64,000 bases of DNA from NCBI GenBank assembly GCA_022600535.1, contig JAHZKE010000042.1:10649-74648 (forward strand), written 5' to 3'. This stretch comes from Pseudomonadota bacterium. Its GTDB lineage: Bacteria > Pseudomonadota > Gammaproteobacteria > Tethybacterales > Persebacteraceae. A model generated the notes under the pieces. It saw only the letters and a program-made list of their open reading frames with translations, was not told the origin of the DNA and did no database searches. Shown here one piece after another: positions 59,026 to 64,000 of this stretch. The translations under genes and the position numbers were made by a program. The stretch's first letter is position 1; every line of letters starts with the position of its first letter.

Positions 59026-59462
59026 AAATATTTCTCATCTCCATTACGGTTGTTTCTTCTATCCTAATGGTCATTGTTATCTTATTACAGCAAGGCAAAG
59101 GTGCCGGTTTAGGTGCTGCTTTCGGGCGCGGTGCGCAAGGCGGGCTTTTTACCGCCACTGGTAAAGCCAACTTTCTCACCCGCATGACATCGGGTTTAGT
59201 GACCGTATTTTTATTGTCGGCACTGGCATTGAGCGTATTTTTGGGCAACAATGAAAATCAAGAAGTATTGCAACAGTTACAAGGCGATAGTACAGAAATC
59301 ATCGCCAACGATGAAGAAAGCGTTATTTTGGGCAGCGATGATGATGAAGAAATTATGATGACAAATGATGCTGAAAGTGAAACCATGATGAGTAACGACA
59401 CTGAAAGCGAAACCATGATGGCGAACGATAGCGAAACAAATGAGAACAAAACGCCTAATTAA
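59022..59462 (+). CDS. secG: Protein-export membrane protein SecG with acidic repetitive C-terminal extension
   Basis: 'ILMVIVILLQQGKGAGLGAAFG...LFTATGKANFLTRMT' matches SecG. An extra ~60-aa tail 'DDDEEIMMTNDAESETMMSNDTESETMMANDSE' follows. tpiA-secG-tRNA-Leu synteny. Confidence 0.85.
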   Translation: MKIFLISITVVSSILMVIVILLQQGKGAGLGAAFGRGAQGGLFTATGKANFLTRMTSGLVTVFLLSALALSVFLGNNENQEVLQQLQGDSTEIIANDEESVILGSDDDEEIMMTNDAESETMMSNDTESETMMANDSETNENKTPN

Positions 59463-59475
59463 TTTTTATAAAATA

Positions 59476-59562
59476 GCCGATGTGGTGGAATTGGTAGACA
59501 CGCTGTCTTGAGGGGGCAGTGAGAGTATTCTCGTGCCAGTTCGAATCTGGCCATCGGCACCA
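59476..59562 (+). tRNA. tRNA-Leu (anticodon GAG), leuU-like
   Basis: 87 nt type-II tRNA. GCCGATG/CATCGGC acceptor, D-arm GTGGAATTGGTAGACAC, anticodon arm CTGTC-TTGAGGG-GGCAG and a long variable arm. Near-identical architecture to E. coli leuU, which also follows secG. Confidence 0.85.
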
Positions 59563-59675
59563 AATTTATTTCTCGTTTGCTTGTTTCATTTTTATGATTG
59601 TAATATTGCGACAAGACACCAAGCGTAAAAAAATAGAAAAAACTTGTTAGAATCAGTACCCCTTATCAATAGACA

Positions 59676-61886
59676 ATGATTACCCGAGAGTTAGAAAAAA
59701 ATATCAACACCGTACGCACCGATGCCCGTCGTCGTGGTTTAGAACACCTGACGATTGAGCATCTGGCATTGGTTTTACTGAATGAAAACACCGCCGTACA
59801 AGAAATGTTATTAGACAGCAGTGCCGATACACACGGATTAAAAAACAAACTCAAACAATTTATCACTTCCAAAGTGCCGCCAGCAAAATCCTACGGCGAT
59901 GAGCCGCAACCGACCGCCGGCTTTAAACGCACCTTGCAACGTGCCGTCAGCGATAATCAATCAAGCCAATCTATTAATGGTCTGCATATTTTAGTGGCGA
60001 TTTTTTCCGAACCCGAATGCTATGCTTCCTATTATATGCAGAAATACGGCATAGAACGCTTGGCGTTACTCGCGCGTTTAGCGCAACAAAACGAACAAAC
60101 CGCCACCGACAACAGCAAAAAAAGTAATGCGGCAGATACCGACTTAGTTGCCCAAGCAAACAGCGGTCAATTAGAAAAACCCAGCGGACGTTTAGAAGAA
60201 ATTAATATGCTGATGCGCGTTTTATCTTGCAAATATAAAAACAATGCGTTGTTAGTCGGCGATCCCGGAGTTGGAAAAACCGCAATCGTGCATGCCTTCG
60301 CTCACCATGTTGCCGCTGGAGAAGTGCCGGCAAATATGCGCGGCATGCGCGTGGTGCCGGTTAATATCGCCGAACTCGTTGCCGGCACAAAATACCGCGG
60401 CGACTTTGAACAACGCGTGCAACAATTAGTTGAAAAATGTCGCGCCCACGGCAATACCGTTATTTTTATTGATGAAATTCACACCATCATCGGTGCCGGT
60501 GCTGTTTCTGGTGGCGTTTTAGATGGGGCAAACATTCTCAAGCCGATGTTAGAAGAAAAAAATGTCCGCTATATCGGTGCCACCACACAAGCCGAATACC
60601 GCCGATTTTTTGAAAAAGATCGCGCCTTAACGCGTCGCTTCACAAAAATTAACATTGAAGAACCCGACGAAGAAACCTTACAAACCATCTTGCAAGACAC
60701 TGTCAAACGCTTAAAACAGCACCACGGCGTTGATTATGCGAACAACACCATCAACAGTGCCATCGAGTCATCGCGGCGCTATATTTCGAACCGTTGTCTG
60801 CCCGATAAAGCCATCGCCCTGTTAGACGAAGCCGGCGCCCGACGACAAATACAAATGTCTGATGCCCGCGATAACACGCCAATTAGCAAAGAAGAAATTG
60901 AACAGTTAGCACGAAAAACTTCGGGGCTACCGCCGCTGTATCAAGAAGAAAAAGCACAATTAGCCACCTTAGAAGAAAAACTAACCACCGCCGTATTAGA
61001 GCAAGAAGAAGCCGCTAAACGATTAGCGCGGGCAGTGTTGTGCAGTCAACTGGATTATCAAGAGGCACAAACCGTCATTGGCGCTTTTTTATTTTATGGT
61101 CCCACGGGGGTCGGCAAAACCGAAATGGCACGCCAACTCGCGCAACACTTAAAAATCCCCCTATTGCGTTACGATATGTCAGAATATATGGAACGCCACG
61201 CGGTTTCACGCCTCATCGGTGCGCCGCCGGGGTATGTCGGCTATGAACAAAGCGGCAAACTGGTTGAAGACGTGAGCCAACATCCCAACTCGGTCATTTT
61301 GTTTGATGAAATAGAAAAAGCCCACCCCGATGTATTAAACATCTTGTTGCAAATACTGGACTACGGCACACTCACCGATAACAACGGACGCAACACCAAT
61401 TTTAACGGCACACTGATTATCCTCACCTCTAACTTAGGCAGTAGCGAAATGGAACGCAGTATTGCCGGCTTTGAACGCGAAGCCAACTACCACAGCGACG
61501 ATGCCGTGCGTCATTTCTTTACTCCCGAAATGCGCAACCGCATTGATGCATTAATCCGCTTTCAACCCTTATCGGCAGAAACAATCGCCCATATTACCGA
61601 TCTGCAATTGGACCACGCGCTGCGACAAATCGCCAGCAATAAAAAAATTCGTGTCAAACTCAGCAATAAATTACGCACCCAACTGAAAAAAGAAAGCTAC
61701 TCGCCGGACATGGGCGCGCGCCCCTTAAAACGACTCATTAAACAAAAAGTATTAGAACCGTTAGCACTTGCCGAAGCCAATGGCATTATTTATAACGGCG
61801 GCTCCTACTGCTTAGACGAAACAGGCATTACCACACTACAAAAACAACGCACCCGCACCAAGAAAAAAGTACCGGTAACCGCTTAA
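59676..61886 (+). CDS. clpA: ATP-dependent Clp protease ATP-binding subunit ClpA
   Basis: 736 aa. N-domain repeats. Two AAA+ modules with Walker A 'GDPGVGKTAI' and 'GPTGVGKTE'. It has no ClpB-type middle domain, which favours ClpA. Confidence 0.9.
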   Translation: MITRELEKNINTVRTDARRRGLEHLTIEHLALVLLNENTAVQEMLLDSSADTHGLKNKLKQFITSKVPPAKSYGDEPQPTAGFKRTLQRAVSDNQSSQSINGLHILVAIFSEPECYASYYMQKYGIERLALLARLAQQNEQTATDNSKKSNAADTDLVAQANSGQLEKPSGRLEEINMLMRVLSCKYKNNALLVGDPGVGKTAIVHAFAHHVAAGEVPANMRGMRVVPVNIAELVAGTKYRGDFEQRVQQLVEKCRAHGNTVIFIDEIHTIIGAGAVSGGVLDGANILKPMLEEKNVRYIGATTQAEYRRFFEKDRALTRRFTKINIEEPDEETLQTILQDTVKRLKQHHGVDYANNTINSAIESSRRYISNRCLPDKAIALLDEAGARRQIQMSDARDNTPISKEEIEQLARKTSGLPPLYQEEKAQLATLEEKLTTAVLEQEEAAKRLARAVLCSQLDYQEAQTVIGAFLFYGPTGVGKTEMARQLAQHLKIPLLRYDMSEYMERHAVSRLIGAPPGYVGYEQSGKLVEDVSQHPNSVILFDEIEKAHPDVLNILLQILDYGTLTDNNGRNTNFNGTLIILTSNLGSSEMERSIAGFEREANYHSDDAVRHFFTPEMRNRIDALIRFQPLSAETIAHITDLQLDHALRQIASNKKIRVKLSNKLRTQLKKESYSPDMGARPLKRLIKQKVLEPLALAEANGIIYNGGSYCLDETGITTLQKQRTRTKKKVPVTA

Positions 61887-61892
61887 TATTCC

Positions 61893-62912
61893 ATGCTACG
61901 AAAAAATATTTTACTGGTGCTGATATTGGCACTGACAAGCACCCCGCTCGCCATCGCAAATAATTTTAGCGCAGATGCACGGGTGCAAACCTATATTCAA
62001 CATCTGCAACAAGAACACGCTTTTGCACCGGAAGAATTAAATCATTTTTTTGCCAAACTGACTTATAACGATAAAGTGTTGCGTCTCCTCGGTGTTCCCG
62101 ATGCTGATGACGAAGCCAAACCCAGCAAACCACCCAAAAAAGTATATTGGCAACAGTATCGCAAACAACGCCTTAGCGCAAAAAAAATTGCCAGCGGCAT
62201 TCTTTTTTATCGCCAACATCAAGATTTATTAGACCAAGCAGAAGCCCAATACGGCGTGCCGGCAGCCATTATTGCGGCGATTATCGGCATTGAAACGCAT
62301 TACGGCTTGCACACAGGGCGCTACCTCGTTGCCGAAACATTAGCGACATTGGCATTTGGGCACCCGCAACGCGGAGAAGAATTTTTAAACGAATTGACAG
62401 AATTTTTACTCTACGCCCGCGAAACCCGCATTGACCCGCTTAGCATTGCTGGTTCCTATGCCGGTGCTATCGGGATGGCGCAATTTATGCCGAGTAGTTT
62501 ACGCAAACATGCAGTTGACTTTAACGGCGATGAACGCATTGATTTATTTATCGCTGCCGATGCCATCGCCAGCATTGCAAACTTTTTAACCGCTCACGGC
62601 TGGCAGCGCGGTTTTGCCGTGGATTATCCCGCTACAATAGATAACTTACAAAGCAAAGCCCTGATTGAACGCACCCATAACAATGACTACCGTCCGGTAA
62701 TGGACATTGAACAACTGCGCCAGTACGGGGTGCAAACCGATGCCCCTGCCACTGGTGCACATTATTTATTTGTAGATTTAGAAAACCGCTACGACACCGA
62801 GTATCGCATTGGCAATGAAAATTTTTATGCGCTAACACGCTATAACAAAAGTTTCAAATACGCCGCTGTCGTTAGCGATTTAGCCCGAGAAATAGCCAGC
62901 GGCGTGAACTAA
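61893..62912 (+). CDS. mltB: Lytic murein transglycosylase B-like (MltB/Slt35 family)
   Basis: Signal peptide. 'AIIGIETHYG' and 'SYAGAIGMAQFMPSS' are the catalytic-Glu and lysozyme-like fold motifs of the MltB family. Confidence 0.8.
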   Translation: MLRKNILLVLILALTSTPLAIANNFSADARVQTYIQHLQQEHAFAPEELNHFFAKLTYNDKVLRLLGVPDADDEAKPSKPPKKVYWQQYRKQRLSAKKIASGILFYRQHQDLLDQAEAQYGVPAAIIAAIIGIETHYGLHTGRYLVAETLATLAFGHPQRGEEFLNELTEFLLYARETRIDPLSIAGSYAGAIGMAQFMPSSLRKHAVDFNGDERIDLFIAADAIASIANFLTAHGWQRGFAVDYPATIDNLQSKALIERTHNNDYRPVMDIEQLRQYGVQTDAPATGAHYLFVDLENRYDTEYRIGNENFYALTRYNKSFKYAAVVSDLAREIASGVN

Positions 62913-63002
62913 CTTTTGCCAACCGCTCCCTGAGCATGCTTGGCCCCTCCGTTAGTATGGAATTTAAAAAGCACTTTCAACAAACTGCTATAATCACACT
63001 CT

Positions 63003-64000
63003 ATGAATATGGAATTTATTAACACGCAGGAAAATTTCTGTACCCTGTTAAACGACTTACTCACACGCGCCAAAAAAAGCGGTGCCGATAGCGCCGAGGC
63101 AAGTGTCTACGAAAATAGCAGTATGGAAGTTTCCGTGCGCTGTGCAGCGTTGGATAACATGAGTATTAACCGCGAACAAGGGGCTTCATTAACCGTTTAT
63201 GTCAACGGCAAAAGCGGTAGCGCCACCTCCTCCAATACCACCCCTGCCACTTTACAAACCCTCGTTGAACGCGCGTTAGCGATTGCGCGTGCCACCTCCT
63301 CTGACCCGCACGCGGGGCTTGCTGATGCGGCATTAATGGCGACTGATTTTCCCGATTTAGCGCAATATCACCCGTGGCAAATTACCCCCGAAGACGCGAT
63401 TGCAATTGCCAAAGAAAGCGAAGAAGCCTCGTGGACAACAGACCCCACTATCCAGCGCAAAAAAAGCGACGGCGCCAGCGTTAGCACCTCGCGCACACTC
63501 AGCGCCTACGGCAACACGCATGGCTTTACTGCCAGTGAAAAAGTCAGTAGCCATAATATTTCATGCAGTGCCATTGCCGAAAAAGACGGCATGATGGAAA
63601 CTAACGGTTGGTCGGAAACCCGACGCAATGCCGAATGGTTACCCAGCGCACAAACCATCGGCGAGATTGCCGGCAAACATGCTGCCAGACGCTTAGGCGG
63701 CAAAAAAATCAGCGATTGCCGTGCAGCAGTTTTATTTCAAGCCCCAACGGCGCACTCACTCATTGGGCATTTTGTCGGTGCTGCCAGCGGCGGTTCCTTA
63801 TTTCGCAAATCTTCATTTTTACTCAACAAATTAGAGAGCGCCGTTTTTGCTCCTCACATCAACATCCGCGAACGCCCTTATCTTGCCGGAGAAATGGCAA
63901 GCGGCAGCTATGACGATGACGGTGTTGCTCCGCAAGATCGGGATATTGTCAAAAATGGCATTTGGCAAGGGCGCTTTTTATCGGCTTACAGCGCGCGCAA
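63003..64000 (+). CDS. pmbA: Metalloprotease PmbA/TldE (3'-partial, continues beyond window)
   Basis: 'MNMEFINTQENFCTLLNDLLTRAKKSGADSAEASVYENSSMEVSVR...' matches the PmbA/TldD family N-terminus. No stop before the window end, so it is absent from the ORF track. Confidence 0.75.
   Translation, partial: MNMEFINTQENFCTLLNDLLTRAKKSGADSAEASVYENSSMEVSVRCAALDNMSINREQGASLTVYVNGKSGSATSSNTTPATLQTLVERALAIARATSSDPHAGLADAALMATDFPDLAQYHPWQITPEDAIAIAKESEEASWTTDPTIQRKKSDGASVSTSRTLSAYGNTHGFTASEKVSSHNISCSAIAEKDGMMETNGWSETRRNAEWLPSAQTIGEIAGKHAARRLGGKKISDCRAAVLFQAPTAHSLIGHFVGAASGGSLFRKSSFLLNKLESAVFAPHINIRERPYLAGEMASGSYDDDGVAPQDRDIVKNGIWQGRFLSAYSAR

Noticed and set aside
1-64000. Prophage / integrative element signatures (integrase, transposase, recombinase) near the two AT-rich islets
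   Set aside because: Looked for integrase/transposase-like ORFs adjacent to 1100-2950 and 21100-22950 and found none. tRNA genes in the window (34.9, 41.8, 52.4, 59.5 kb) are not adjacent to either islet. The islets are therefore not classical tRNA-targeted islands.

Overview
Assumed from gene content and synteny to be a gammaproteobacterial chromosomal segment, dominated by conserved housekeeping genes at moderate GC. Recognised genes (in order): MATE efflux (partial), nadA, hslVU, degP-like, an EIIA(Man)/HPr-EI PTS pair, mutY, rpsT, waaA plus a GT9 glycosyltransferase, hisA-hisC-tyrA-aroA, thrS, orphan nuoF-G-H, lpxK, SMUG-like UDG, recX, TauE, EVE-domain protein, pnp, rpsO, EamA, rpoD, znuA/zur-znuCB, proS, rdgB-hemW, LysR, M24 peptidase, proC, yggS, murJ, rluC, gltB, pfkB-kinase, tpiA-secG-tRNA-Leu, clpA, mltB and pmbA (partial). 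Four tRNAs were read directly from sequence: CAU (Ile2/Met-type) after rpoD, Arg-CCU, Gly-CCC and Leu-GAG. No rRNA, CRISPR array, integrase or transposase was seen. Two AT-rich accessory islets interrupt the backbone. (a) Positions 1100-2950 hold a single gene fusing an FRG domain to near-identical 102-bp TPR repeats, next to a start-less gene remnant. (b) Positions 21100-22950, between thrS and nuoF, hold a two-gene cassette (small wHTH protein plus membrane-anchored hypothetical) bracketed by two ~95%-identical copies of a ~135-bp element, each an extended palindrome with a 27-28-bp stem. These two islets are the best candidates for novel biology in the window. Other notable features: sigma-70 with a histone-H1-like KAP-repeat N-terminal extension encoded by tandem repeats; a MITE-like inverted-repeat element at 14.26-14.49 kb; a His-rich repeat loop in ZnuA and a recognisable Zur box; SecG with an acidic repeat tail; a Lys6 A-tract inside nuoG; proS overlapping tRNA-Arg.
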